The notes under the pieces: generated by a model
Seen by the model: the letters and a program-made list of their open reading frames with translations, nothing else
The model's database searches: none
What the model was told of the DNA's origin: nothing
DNA from: Gemmatimonadales bacterium
GTDB lineage: Bacteria > Gemmatimonadota > Gemmatimonadetes > Gemmatimonadales > GWC2-71-9
Assembly (NCBI GenBank): GCA_035759745.1
Contig: DASTUF010000112.1
Coordinates: 905 to 64,904 of the forward strand
DNA length: 64,000 nt
Direction: 5' to 3'
Made by a program: the position numbers and the translations under genes
Shown: positions 26,020 through 37,911 of the stretch, in pieces
How positions within the stretch are numbered: the stretch's first letter is position 1
Layout: each line of letters begins with the position of its first letter

Positions 26020-27482
26020 AGTGCAGGTTCATCGTCGTGATCGCCGTGCTCGCGCTCGCGGGCGTGATGCCGCTCGAGGCCCAGGTGGCGGAAGGCAACG
26101 CCCACTGGGAGGCGGGCCGCATCGCCGAAGCGAAGGCGGCGTACGAGCGCGAGCTGATGACCAATCCCGCCAGCGTGCGCTCGCTGTTCCGCCTGGCCAC
26201 GCTCGCCGCGCGCGAGGGGCACCTGGATTCGGCGATGGTGCTCATCGCGCGGGCCCGCCAGGCCGAGCCGGCGGATCCTGACGTGCGGCTGCTCGAGGCC
26301 CAGGTGCTGAGCTGGAAGGGTGACCTTGCGGGTGCGGAGGCGCGCTACGACTCGGTGATCGCGGACCATCCCGAGCGGATGGACGCAGCGGCGGGGCGGG
26401 CGCAGGTGCTTGCGTGGGACGGACGACTCGACCCGGCCATCGCACAGTACCAGCAGATCCTCCAGCGGGACAGCAGCAATGTGCAGGCGCGAGTCGGCCT
26501 GGCCCAGGCCTGGTACTGGAAGGGGCGGCCGTCGCTGGCGGAGCCGCAGGTGCGCCGGGCGCTGGAACTGGATTCCGAGCATGGTGTGGCCGCTGCGCTG
26601 GCGCGTGACGTGGCTCGAGCCCGACGGCGCACGCTGCAGCTGGAGCTGGGCTGGAGCGACGATTCCGACGACAACACCAGCTGGTGGCAGGGCGCCACGG
26701 TTGAAGTGCCGGTGGCGGACGGAATCCGGGTTGCTGGAAGGGGCCGGCTGCAACAGTCGAGCGATGCGCTGCTGTCGGGGGACGCACTCCTTGCCGAGGC
26801 GGGGCTCCGAGTCACACGTCCCAGTTGGGGTGCGGCAGTGGCGGCGGGGCTTCGCGGATTGCGGCCGGAAGGCGGCGACTCCCGTACCGAGCCAGGCTGG
26901 GAGCTGGGCGGGTATCTCTCGCCGGTTCGGCAGTTCACCCTGTCAGGGTCGTGGCGGCATACCGCATTCGACGAAACGGCGCGACTCATCGCATCCGACA
27001 TCGACTACGACATCCTCAATGGCAGCCTCGACATCGGCCTGTCGCGCAGCGCCAAGCTGGGGCTGGGCGGCGGGTACACCTGGTTCAGCGATGACAATCG
27101 GCGGTATCACGCCGTTGCAGTCGTCTCTCAGAGTATTGCACGCGAGTTCACGGTGGGAGCCTTCGGGCGGCAGATGGGTTTCGACTTCGTGGCGCCGGAG
27201 TATTTCTCGCCGGGTCGCTTCCGGATGCTGGAAGCCCGCGCCGGGTGGAGCCGGGTGCGCCCAACGTGGGAGGCGTCGGTGTCGGGTGGACTGGGCGGGC
27301 AACAGCCGTTCGCGGATGCGGACTGGCAGGCGGAATGGCATGCGGAGGTGAATGCGGCGGTACGTCCTGCCGAACGACTGAAGCTGGGAGCCTTCGGGGC
27401 CGTTACCAACAGCGTGGAACGGTCCGTGACTGGTGCTTATCGATACCGGACTGCTGGTGTGAGGTTGGAGATCGGGCTGTGA
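26016..27482 (+). CDS. TPR + outer-membrane beta-barrel protein (YaiO/PgaA-like porin)
   Basis: ATG 26016 overlaps the upstream stop (ATGA). It has a signal peptide and N-terminal TPRs. The C-terminal half has alternating beta-strand character and ends ...YRTAGVRLEIGL. Confidence 0.7.
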   Translation: MKCRFIVVIAVLALAGVMPLEAQVAEGNAHWEAGRIAEAKAAYERELMTNPASVRSLFRLATLAAREGHLDSAMVLIARARQAEPADPDVRLLEAQVLSWKGDLAGAEARYDSVIADHPERMDAAAGRAQVLAWDGRLDPAIAQYQQILQRDSSNVQARVGLAQAWYWKGRPSLAEPQVRRALELDSEHGVAAALARDVARARRRTLQLELGWSDDSDDNTSWWQGATVEVPVADGIRVAGRGRLQQSSDALLSGDALLAEAGLRVTRPSWGAAVAAGLRGLRPEGGDSRTEPGWELGGYLSPVRQFTLSGSWRHTAFDETARLIASDIDYDILNGSLDIGLSRSAKLGLGGGYTWFSDDNRRYHAVAVVSQSIAREFTVGAFGRQMGFDFVAPEYFSPGRFRMLEARAGWSRVRPTWEASVSGGLGGQQPFADADWQAEWHAEVNAAVRPAERLKLGAFGAVTNSVERSVTGAYRYRTAGVRLEIGL

Positions 27483-27487
27483 GGCGC

Positions 27488-27564
27488 AGGGATCAGGGGA
27501 TAGGGATCAGGGATCAGGGGGGCACCGTTAATCCCTGATCCCTAATCCCTGGTTCCTGATCCCT
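27488..27564. repeat. GGGATCA-word inverted repeat / hairpin between convergent genes
   Basis: AGGGATCAGGGGATAGGGATCAGGGATCAGGGG ... ATCCCTGATCCCTAATCCCTGGTTCCTGATCCCT. Confidence 0.7.
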
Positions 27565-30460
27565 ACCCACCCGCCCGCTGCACTCGTGCCAGCGCCTCGC
27601 GGGCCTCGGTGACCTGCGGCTGGAACTCCGGGTCAGCTCCCTCCCAGAGCGCGATGTAGCGGGTGTATGCCTCGGCGGAGGCGGCATAGTCGCCCTTCGC
27701 CTCGAGGGCGCGCCCCAGTGCCAGGTGCCGGATGGCGTCGTAGTGGGGGTCGAAGGCGAAGCCATGGCGCAGCCGAAGTATCCCTTCCTCGCGGGTACCG
27801 GGGCGAGCCGCCAGCGCCAGCGCCAGGTGGAACCGGATCGGGGCCGACGGCGGCGGCCCAATCTTCCCACTCGCGCCAGCCAGCCCCGCACGCATGCGAG
27901 CCACGCCCGCGGCGGTGTCGCCTTGCTGCACCTGTGCCAACCCGCGGGCGGCGTCCATCAGTTCGGCCAGGCCTGCCGGAATGGAATCGGCCGGCTTGAG
28001 AGCGGCAGCTTCCAGGATCCGGACACCGTCCGCTGTCTTCCCCTGTCCCAGGAAGAACAGTGCCCGGTAGTAGAGCTCGTATGGGTTGCGGGATGACAGT
28101 TGGCGCGGCGTAGTGCCGGCGCTTCCGGTTTCCCGGTTGATCACCTTGGTGAGCGAATCGGCGTAGCCGGGCGGGGCGAAGCCATTGATGACCGGCACGA
28201 TGGGTCCCATGAAACGGGCCTCGCCCGTGATCTGGCCCGTGCTGATCTGCTCCCGTAGCGCGCCCAGACGCCCCAGTCCTGCCAGCACCATCGCCTGGAC
28301 CCCGCGCAACTGCCGGACAACTGGCCCATCGGCGGGCATCGAGTCCAGCACCTGGTCCAGCCGGGCGATGCGGGCATCCGCCGAGCGATTCGGGTCTGTG
28401 GCGATCGCCGCCACGGTCCCGAAAATGATATCTCCGCGCTGACTTGCGATTACTTCCCCGAATGCCGAGTCCACCGGCCCATCGCCGAACAAGAGCCGAC
28501 CCGCCGAGCGGAATCGATCAGCCTCGGTCTCGGCATTGCTCGCCTCCAGGACATGCAGGTAGCGCTGGTACAGCGCTCTGTCGCCGATGCCCATCGCCAT
28601 CTCGATCGAATGAATGGCGGCCGGTGCCAGCGAGGAGTCGAGCGCCAGCACCCGGTCGAAGGGGACCAGCAGCTGTTCCACCGGCATCGGCACCAGGTCT
28701 CGACGGTGGAACTGTGATTCGCCCAGCAGGTACCAGCCGTCGGCGTCATCCGGATGCTCAGCGGTGTAGCGGCGCATCGAGTCGGTGGCTGAGGTGTCGC
28801 CCAGCTGAAACAGCCGGTAAGCTCGGACGATGGTCTGCTCAGCGACCGGCAACCGGTCGACGAACCGTACTGCCGCGGCCCCGGCCTCCAGTGCCTCGTC
28901 GTCGTCGGCATTGCCGGTCCAGCCGTAGGTCGTGGCCAGCCGGTAGTGTGCCAGGGCAAAGGTCGAGTCTTCGCTCACCGCATCGCGGAACGCCGCGGCC
29001 GCCGAGTCCCAGCGCGACTGGCGGTAGTACTGCTCGCCCCGCAGATAGTCGCGCATGGCGGCGGGCGAGGTCGTGGTGAGCGTGGCCACCTTGAGCGAAG
29101 GCAGCGGCTCGTTGGACCGCCACACTTCTCGCATCAGGGACAGGCTCAGCGCGTCCACCATGCCAAGGACGCTGTCCGCGGGGCCGTCCACCTGGGCATG
29201 ACCCAGCTTGCTGCCGTCGCGGGCGTAGAGGTCGGCGGACAGCCGCACGGCGCTGCCGGTCTGGACCACACTGCCCAGCAGGACTGCGCCGGCGTCGACA
29301 TCAGCCGCGACAGCGAGGGCATCGTCCAGCGCCGCGCTCGATCCCCGCTCCTTCCAGCGTTGCAGCACGGTGCGCGGCTCGACCGTGTTGATGCCGCCCA
29401 CACCGTCGAGGTTGGTCGACAGCAGGTCCACCAGGCCTTCTCCGAGGAGTTCGACGTCAGCGCCGCTGGTGCGAAAGGGGAGCACCGCGATGCGCTGGGC
29501 CTCCTCCACCACCGGGGGCCTTCCGCGCAGCGCGGTCCAGCCAACGAAGCCGGCCAGCAACAGCATTGCCACTGCGGCGATTCCCATCCAGCGGCGGGAG
29601 CCGCGCGCGGCGGCCTCGTAGGCGCCGCTCCGGCTGGTCTCCAGGGCATCCGTAAACGCGTTGGCGGTCGCAAAACGCTTGCCCGGATCCTGGTCCAGCG
29701 CGCGCACCAGAGCGGCGTCGGTGGTCTCGGGCACGTCGGGTCGCACCTTGCGGGCGCGGGGACGGGGACCGGAAATGCTCCGGGTGATTACCGACTGCAC
29801 CGTGGGCCCGCCGAAGGCCCGCTCGGCCGTCAACATCTCGTAGATGACGCAGGCCAGGCTGTACTGGTCGCTCCGGCCGTCGATCTCGGTCTCGGCGGTG
29901 GCCTGCTCGGGGCTCATGTAGGAGGGCGTGCCGATGGCTATTCCCATGCCGGTGAGCTGCGGACCGCCGGTCTCCACCGCGCGGGCGACACCGAAGTCCG
30001 CCACCACCGCATGGCCGCCGAAGAGCAGGATGTTCTCGGGCTTGATGTCGCGGTGGACCACGCCGTGGGAGTGGGCGTAGTCCAGTGCGCTGGCGATCTC
30101 GCGGGCCAGCCGGATGGTCTCCTCGACCGGCAGCTTGCCGTCGCGGTCCATCCGGTCGCGCAGTGACTCGCCCTCCACGAAGGGCATGACGTAGTGGAGC
30201 AGGCCTGCGGCGGCGCCGGAGTCGTAGACAGCGAGGATGTGCGGGTGCTGCAGCCGAGCCGCCATCTCGATCTCGCGCAGGAACCGGTCAGTGCCCACAG
30301 AGGCGCTGAGTTCGGGGCGCAGAACCTTGATGGCGACCGCGCGGCCATGCTTCAGGTCGCGCGCGAGATAAACCGTGGCCATGCCGCCGGCGCCCACCTG
30401 GCGCTCGACGGCATAGGTGTCCTTCAGCGCTTCCTTCAGCCGCGCCAGCTGATCGTTCAT
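27563..30460 (-). CDS. Ser/Thr protein kinase with TM segment and C-terminal TPR-rich sensor region
   Basis: Hanks kinase motifs GAGGMATVY, AIKVL, HRDIKPENIL, DFG and SPEQ. Start taken at MNDQLARL. Confidence 0.85.
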   Translation of the reverse strand: MNDQLARLKEALKDTYAVERQVGAGGMATVYLARDLKHGRAVAIKVLRPELSASVGTDRFLREIEMAARLQHPHILAVYDSGAAAGLLHYVMPFVEGESLRDRMDRDGKLPVEETIRLAREIASALDYAHSHGVVHRDIKPENILLFGGHAVVADFGVARAVETGGPQLTGMGIAIGTPSYMSPEQATAETEIDGRSDQYSLACVIYEMLTAERAFGGPTVQSVITRSISGPRPRARKVRPDVPETTDAALVRALDQDPGKRFATANAFTDALETSRSGAYEAAARGSRRWMGIAAVAMLLLAGFVGWTALRGRPPVVEEAQRIAVLPFRTSGADVELLGEGLVDLLSTNLDGVGGINTVEPRTVLQRWKERGSSAALDDALAVAADVDAGAVLLGSVVQTGSAVRLSADLYARDGSKLGHAQVDGPADSVLGMVDALSLSLMREVWRSNEPLPSLKVATLTTTSPAAMRDYLRGEQYYRQSRWDSAAAAFRDAVSEDSTFALAHYRLATTYGWTGNADDDEALEAGAAAVRFVDRLPVAEQTIVRAYRLFQLGDTSATDSMRRYTAEHPDDADGWYLLGESQFHRRDLVPMPVEQLLVPFDRVLALDSSLAPAAIHSIEMAMGIGDRALYQRYLHVLEASNAETEADRFRSAGRLLFGDGPVDSAFGEVIASQRGDIIFGTVAAIATDPNRSADARIARLDQVLDSMPADGPVVRQLRGVQAMVLAGLGRLGALREQISTGQITGEARFMGPIVPVINGFAPPGYADSLTKVINRETGSAGTTPRQLSSRNPYELYYRALFFLGQGKTADGVRILEAAALKPADSIPAGLAELMDAARGLAQVQQGDTAAGVARMRAGLAGASGKIGPPPSAPIRFHLALALAARPGTREEGILRLRHGFAFDPHYDAIRHLALGRALEAKGDYAASAEAYTRYIALWEGADPEFQPQVTEAREALARVQRAGG

Positions 30461-30479
30461 TTTGACGTCAACCGGTACC

Positions 30480-30902
30480 TCACGGCCTGGTGAACGTCGC
30501 CGAGGCCTGCAGGAAGTAGTCGCCGGTGGGTGTGTCGAATACGTAGATGGCAACCCGGTACTGCTCCCCGGAGACCAGCGTCACGTCGGGCACGATCTCG
30601 GAGGCGCCGGCCGGGACCACGCCGTAGGCGATCGTCGGGTCGATGCTGTTGGAGCCGGACTCAACCCGCCAGACCGTCTCGTCGGTGTCAGGTCCGCCGG
30701 CGTCATTGTCGAGCCGGATGACTTCCACTCGTGCCACGCCGCACGCTGGCGTCCAGGCGAAGTTCGGGGGTGAGCCTGCCGCGTCGACGGAGAGAGGAGT
30801 AACTGCCTCACATGCGCCATCGCCCGGGCCGGCACCGTCGTCGCATGCCAGCACAGCCAGAGAAAGCCCCGCCATCAGGGCCATCGGGAATCGCTTCATC
30901 AT
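30480..30902 (-). CDS. Hypothetical lipoprotein
   Basis: MMKRFPMALMAGLSLAVLAC lipobox. It sits 19 nt upstream of the kinase gene. Confidence 0.55.
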   Translation of the reverse strand: MMKRFPMALMAGLSLAVLACDDGAGPGDGACEAVTPLSVDAAGSPPNFAWTPACGVARVEVIRLDNDAGGPDTDETVWRVESGSNSIDPTIAYGVVPAGASEIVPDVTLVSGEQYRVAIYVFDTPTGDYFLQASATFTRP

Positions 30903-31041
30903 TGTTGCCTGCCTCCGTTGCCGTCGTCGAGGAATCACGTCGCTTCAATACTGGTCGCGCAACCCTTCAGCCGGAAGGGCGCCAGACCGCCAGGCGGGAG
31001 ACGCCTCCGACGGGCTGGGGCGCACGGACCTCCTCGCCGAT

Positions 31042-33810
<2,769 letters not shown>

Positions 33811-33927
33811 GGGACGAGATCCTTGGATGGGTATTGCGGCTAAAGATACGGCGTCGAATGGCACGTGGTAACTACGGGCTTCCAGGGGTCACCGCGAAGG
33901 CGCGAAGGTCATGAAGAACAACAAAAG

Positions 33928-34068
33928 CAACCACGGAGCCACAGAGGCCACAGAGAGATCCCGTTGTTGCTTTTGTGGGTGTGCCGCAGGCGACGTTGCA
34001 TCGGAACGGCTCCCACACCAACAAGTAGTTCTCCGTGAATCTCTGTGATCTCTGTGTCTCTGTGGTTG
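33928..34068. repeat. Long imperfect inverted repeat (CACAGAG-word element)
   Basis: The left arm is CAACCACGGAGCCACAGAGGCCACAGAGAGATC. The reverse complement of the right arm is CAACCACAGAGACACAGAGATCACAGAGATTC. The spacer is about 77 nt and contains TTTTGTGGG. Confidence 0.65.
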
Positions 34069-34074
34069 TAACTC

Positions 34075-34938
34075 TTAGAACGGGTGCTCGACGCTGAAGT
34101 AGAGGAAGAGGCCGTTGGGGCCTCTGCTGTTGATGGTCCAGGCGATGCCAGGGACCAGCTGCACGCTACCGACATTGACAGCGAAGCGGACACCGGGATT
34201 GACCAGATTGGTGTTCATCTGCACGGTCTCGCCCTCGGCGACGACGACAGCCTCATTCAGCCAGAGTGTCTCGAGCATGAGGTTGACCCACGGCTGCAGC
34301 AGGTACACCACGCTGGCGCCGGCATGGAGGTCCACCCCGAAGGCACGATCGTCACCCACGCCCCGCGCCGAAGGAGTGAAGGTCGAGCCGGCGTTGGCGT
34401 GGAGCACGAAGCGGGGCGACACATCCACGCTCACCGGGAGGTTGAACTGCACCCCCTCCGCGCCGGTGCCTCGGCCGTGGGCCGACGAGCCGATGGGCAT
34501 CAGCACGCTTACCCGTGGCGCCACGCTGGTCCTGCCGCCTTCGGCGCCGAGCAGCTGATAGCGGTAGTTCACCGCACCATCGCCGATCCCCGCGCCCGCT
34601 CCGGCGTCGACCACGCCGAGTGACCAGCTCAGCTGATGCCGGATCCCGCCCAGGGGCCATTCCTGGGTGAAGTTGAACGCCCAGGCGTCGCCGCGGGTGC
34701 GCTGGAGCGTCGAGACATGCTGAACTACTCCGGCTTCCTGGTTGTAGGCCTCCTCGATGAGAAAACTGTTGTCGCGCACCACCATCGCCTCCTGACCCAC
34801 AGCCACGGTCGGAGCGAGAAGCGTGAACGGGAAGAGCAGAAGCGTGAACGGGACAAGCTTCCGTATGCCTGGTGCGCCTCCAGCGCTCCCTTTCACGCAG
34901 TTGCAGTTCCCTTTCCCGCAGTTGCAGTTCGCCTTCAC
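34075..34938 (-). CDS. Outer-membrane beta-barrel channel (MetA-pathway/transporter-like)
   Basis: Alternating beta-strand pattern ending ...LFLYFSVEHPF. The signal-like segment is KLVPFTLLLFPFTLLAPTVAVGQ. The start is uncertain: ATG 34938 lies in a tandem repeat, and GVKG GTG 34896 is an alternative. Confidence 0.55.
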   Translation of the reverse strand: MKANCNCGKGNCNCVKGSAGGAPGIRKLVPFTLLLFPFTLLAPTVAVGQEAMVVRDNSFLIEEAYNQEAGVVQHVSTLQRTRGDAWAFNFTQEWPLGGIRHQLSWSLGVVDAGAGAGIGDGAVNYRYQLLGAEGGRTSVAPRVSVLMPIGSSAHGRGTGAEGVQFNLPVSVDVSPRFVLHANAGSTFTPSARGVGDDRAFGVDLHAGASVVYLLQPWVNLMLETLWLNEAVVVAEGETVQMNTNLVNPGVRFAVNVGSVQLVPGIAWTINSRGPNGLFLYFSVEHPF

Positions 34939-34975
34939 GCGGTTTCAGTTCCTTTCACGCCGTTGCAGTTCCGGT
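34888..34975. repeat. About four tandem copies of a 21-nt unit (CCTTTCACGCAGTTGCAGTTC)
   Basis: Lies between the ZIP gene stop and the start of the OM-channel gene. It shares the word GCAGTTGCAGT with 12941-12951. Confidence 0.7.
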
Positions 34976-34976
34976 T

Positions 34977-36179
34977 TCACGCCGGCACCAGCAGGCCGGT
35001 GGCGTACATGATCAGCATCCCCAGCAGGAGCCCGGCGGTATTGAGGGGCGAGAAGAGGCCCGCCGACGCGTCGCGTCGCCGGAACAGCTTCCAGAGTTCC
35101 CACACGACCTGAATCACCGCGCCGGCGCCGAGGGCGAAGAAGAGCGTCGTGAGTGCCGGCGAATAGGTGAACCCGCCGATCCAGGCGCCGATGATCGTCG
35201 GCGCTCCAGCCAGCAGGCCGAGCAGAGCCAGCTGGGTGAAGGTGGGCCGCTCCCGGCCCAGCGGGGCGACGATGCCGAGCCCTTCCGTGGTGTTGTGCAG
35301 CAGGAAGCCGATCACGAGGAACGCACCCAGCGCGACCGCGCCGGAGGCGTAGGCTGTGCCGATCGCAAGACCTTCGCCCAGGTTGTGGAGTCCGATGCCG
35401 AGCGCCACCAGGGTGGCGACGTACAGTGGGGTTCGGGCGCCGTCCGCGTGCCTCAGCTTGCCGACGGCGCTGATGATCAGCGGGGCTCCAGCCACGCCGA
35501 GCAGCGCGAGCGAGATGCCCTGGAACGCGCTGGGCACCAGCGACGCGGTCTCCAGTGCCTCGGCCATGGCGTCCACACCCAGGAAGACCAGCAGCCCGAT
35601 GGTGAGCGCCAGGAAGAAGTCCACCCACTTCCGGTCGATCCCGCGCAGGAACGGCAGCCAGAGCAGCCCGATGAAGACAGGGATCACGCCGACGTAGATC
35701 CCGATCAGCGCGAAGGTGAGGAGATACCGCGCATCGGGAGTCGGCGTGCGCACCGCAACGTCGGTGACATGGCTGAAGGTGAGTCCGGTACTGGTGACGA
35801 GCGTGACCGCGACCGGTTCTCCCGTCACCCAGGGGTAGCGAATGGTGATGTCGCGGCGGCCCAGCCGTTCCACCGTCCTGGGGCCGTTCAGGTTGTGCAC
35901 CCAGTAAGCCTGGTCCACCATCACCTGCGCGATGGTCACCGCTTCCGGGCCTCCATTCACCACGCTGGCGTGGATGACCCCCGGCTGCGGGAATGAAAGC
36001 CGCTGAATCGTGAGTTCCTCGACCGGAGGAAAGACGTCGCGGGCGAGGTTGGCAGGGCCGAAGCGGAAGACCGCCAGCACCACCAGCGCCAGCAGCGCCA
36101 GTGGCAGCACACCCCGAAGCCACAGCGGAACGCGCGCGCTCCAGCCGGTCACGGCCCGGTCGGCAGTGGTGTCATGCAT
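34977..36179 (-). CDS. ZIP-family metal transporter with N-terminal extracytoplasmic domain
   Basis: ZIP signature helices GIGLHNLGEGLAIG and FLLHNTTEGLGI, with 8 or more TM segments. An extra domain of about 100 aa follows TM1. Confidence 0.8.
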   Translation of the reverse strand: MHDTTADRAVTGWSARVPLWLRGVLPLALLALVVLAVFRFGPANLARDVFPPVEELTIQRLSFPQPGVIHASVVNGGPEAVTIAQVMVDQAYWVHNLNGPRTVERLGRRDITIRYPWVTGEPVAVTLVTSTGLTFSHVTDVAVRTPTPDARYLLTFALIGIYVGVIPVFIGLLWLPFLRGIDRKWVDFFLALTIGLLVFLGVDAMAEALETASLVPSAFQGISLALLGVAGAPLIISAVGKLRHADGARTPLYVATLVALGIGLHNLGEGLAIGTAYASGAVALGAFLVIGFLLHNTTEGLGIVAPLGRERPTFTQLALLGLLAGAPTIIGAWIGGFTYSPALTTLFFALGAGAVIQVVWELWKLFRRRDASAGLFSPLNTAGLLLGMLIMYATGLLVPA

Positions 36180-37221
36180 TGAGCGCCGGCTCCACCTGGA
36201 AGATTCCCATCCAGCCCAGCTCGGCGAACTCGCTCTGGTGGGCGTGGAACATGAACGGCCCGGTGTGCTTGTAGGAGAACTCGAGCACCGCCCGCTCTCC
36301 CTGCCCCATCGTGACGATGTCGGTCCACTCGAAACGGTCGAGGTCGGTCCCGGTGCGGAACAGCTTGAAGAAGTTGCCGTGAATGTGGAGCGAGTTGACG
36401 AGATCGAACTCGGTGATGTTGCCGAGGTAGACCCGGACCAGCTCGTTCTGCCGGATGCGAATCGGATGCTTCTGGTAGTGGAACGCGACGCTGTTGACCG
36501 CGTACACCTCGTTCTCGTCGTCGAAGTTGGTATCGAACGCGTTCATCATCATCACCAGCTCGCGCGCCGGCGGCCTGCCCTGCTTCGGGTCGATGATGAA
36601 GGCGCCGTACAGCCCCTTGTGGATGTGCTTCTTCAGCGGCACGGCGTGGCAATGGTACATCTGGAGCCCGAACGGCTCGGCGTCGAAGTCATAGGTGTAG
36701 CTGCCACCGGGCGAGACCTGCTCGAACGCCCCGTCGGCGGTGGCGCCGTGGATGCCGTGGAAGTGAATCGTGTGCGGGTGGAGCCCCTTGTTGGTGAAGT
36801 GCACCCGGACCCGGTCGCCCTCGGTGGCGCGGAGGGTCGGACCGGGGACCTGACCGTTGTAGGTCCACGCAGGGAAGAACACGCCGGGCGCCACTTCGAT
36901 CTCCCGGTCCTCCGCCACGATGTAGTACTCGCGCAGGGTCTGGCCAGTGGGCAACGTCGACACGGTGCCATGGTCGAAGTCGGTCAGGTACGCCGTAGGG
37001 TCGAACCCGCCGGCGCGAATGTCTCCCACGCTCGCCATTACGTGATGCATGGACGCGGTGTCGGGCTGCTCACCGAGGTGGGGCCCCGGCGTCTGGAGCG
37101 CGACGGCCGCGCCGCCGGTGGCGAGCCCCACCCCCCCCAGCGCCGCAGCGCCGAGCAGCCCGCGACGCGACATCCGCGCGCGAGCAAGGTCGGCGAGCCG
37201 GGGGAGTCCGTCGCGGCTCAT
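36172..37221 (-). CDS. Tat-exported two-domain multicopper oxidase
   Basis: Tat signal SRRGLLGAAALGG. Copper motifs HPHTIHFHGIHG and MYHCHAVPLKKHIHKGLYG. Confidence 0.8.
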   Translation of the reverse strand: MSRDGLPRLADLARARMSRRGLLGAAALGGVGLATGGAAVALQTPGPHLGEQPDTASMHHVMASVGDIRAGGFDPTAYLTDFDHGTVSTLPTGQTLREYYIVAEDREIEVAPGVFFPAWTYNGQVPGPTLRATEGDRVRVHFTNKGLHPHTIHFHGIHGATADGAFEQVSPGGSYTYDFDAEPFGLQMYHCHAVPLKKHIHKGLYGAFIIDPKQGRPPARELVMMMNAFDTNFDDENEVYAVNSVAFHYQKHPIRIRQNELVRVYLGNITEFDLVNSLHIHGNFFKLFRTGTDLDRFEWTDIVTMGQGERAVLEFSYKHTGPFMFHAHQSEFAELGWMGIFQVEPALNA

Positions 37222-37907
37222 GCGTCCTCCACGGTACAGAGCAGCGCGGCCGCGAGTTCATGCCCGACCACATGGGTCGCCTGGTCGGTCTCCAGTGTGA
37301 TGGGGCCAAGGAAGGGGCGACGATCGCGCAACGTGACGTGGGCGCCGGGCACCAATCCGAGGTCGGCCAAGTGGCGGAGGAACTCGGGTTCACGGGTGCG
37401 AACCCGGTGAATCCGGGCCGAGTGTCCGGGCTCCATGTCGGCAAGCGCGACCACGGCTGTCTCCGGCATGCTCCCGTCGGGCGACGGAATCGGATCGCCG
37501 TGCGGATCCTCCAGCGGATGCCCCAGCGCGTCGGCCATCCGTTCGACCAAGTCGTCGGAAACAGCGTGCTCCAGCCGCTCGGCCTCGTCATGCACCGTGT
37601 CCCAGGAGTAGCCAAGGTGCGCCACGAGATATGACTCGATCAGGCGGTGCCGCCGCAGCATCCGCAGCGCCACCCGCCGGCCTTCCGGGGTCAGCTGCAC
37701 GCCGCGATAGCGCTCATGCTCCAGCAACCCCTGCTCCGACAACCGCTTGACCATTCCGCTGACGGATGCCGGGGCCAGCGCCAGATGCTGGGCAATCTCG
37801 CTGGTGGAGGCCGGTCGGATGTCGCCCGAAAGCCGGTAGATGGCCTTCAGGTAGTCCTCGACGGACCTTGTGAGCGTGTCGGAAACGGTGGTCACTACGC
37901 GCCTCAT
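37218..37907 (-). CDS. DtxR/IdeR/MntR-family metal-dependent repressor with C-terminal FeoA/SH3-like domain
   Basis: VEDYLKAIYRL...TSEIAQHLALAPASVSGMVKRLSEQGLL...RRHRLIESYL...DEAERLEH. Confidence 0.85.
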   Translation of the reverse strand: MRRVVTTVSDTLTRSVEDYLKAIYRLSGDIRPASTSEIAQHLALAPASVSGMVKRLSEQGLLEHERYRGVQLTPEGRRVALRMLRRHRLIESYLVAHLGYSWDTVHDEAERLEHAVSDDLVERMADALGHPLEDPHGDPIPSPDGSMPETAVVALADMEPGHSARIHRVRTREPEFLRHLADLGLVPGAHVTLRDRRPFLGPITLETDQATHVVGHELAAALLCTVEDA

Positions 37908-37911
37908 TCGA

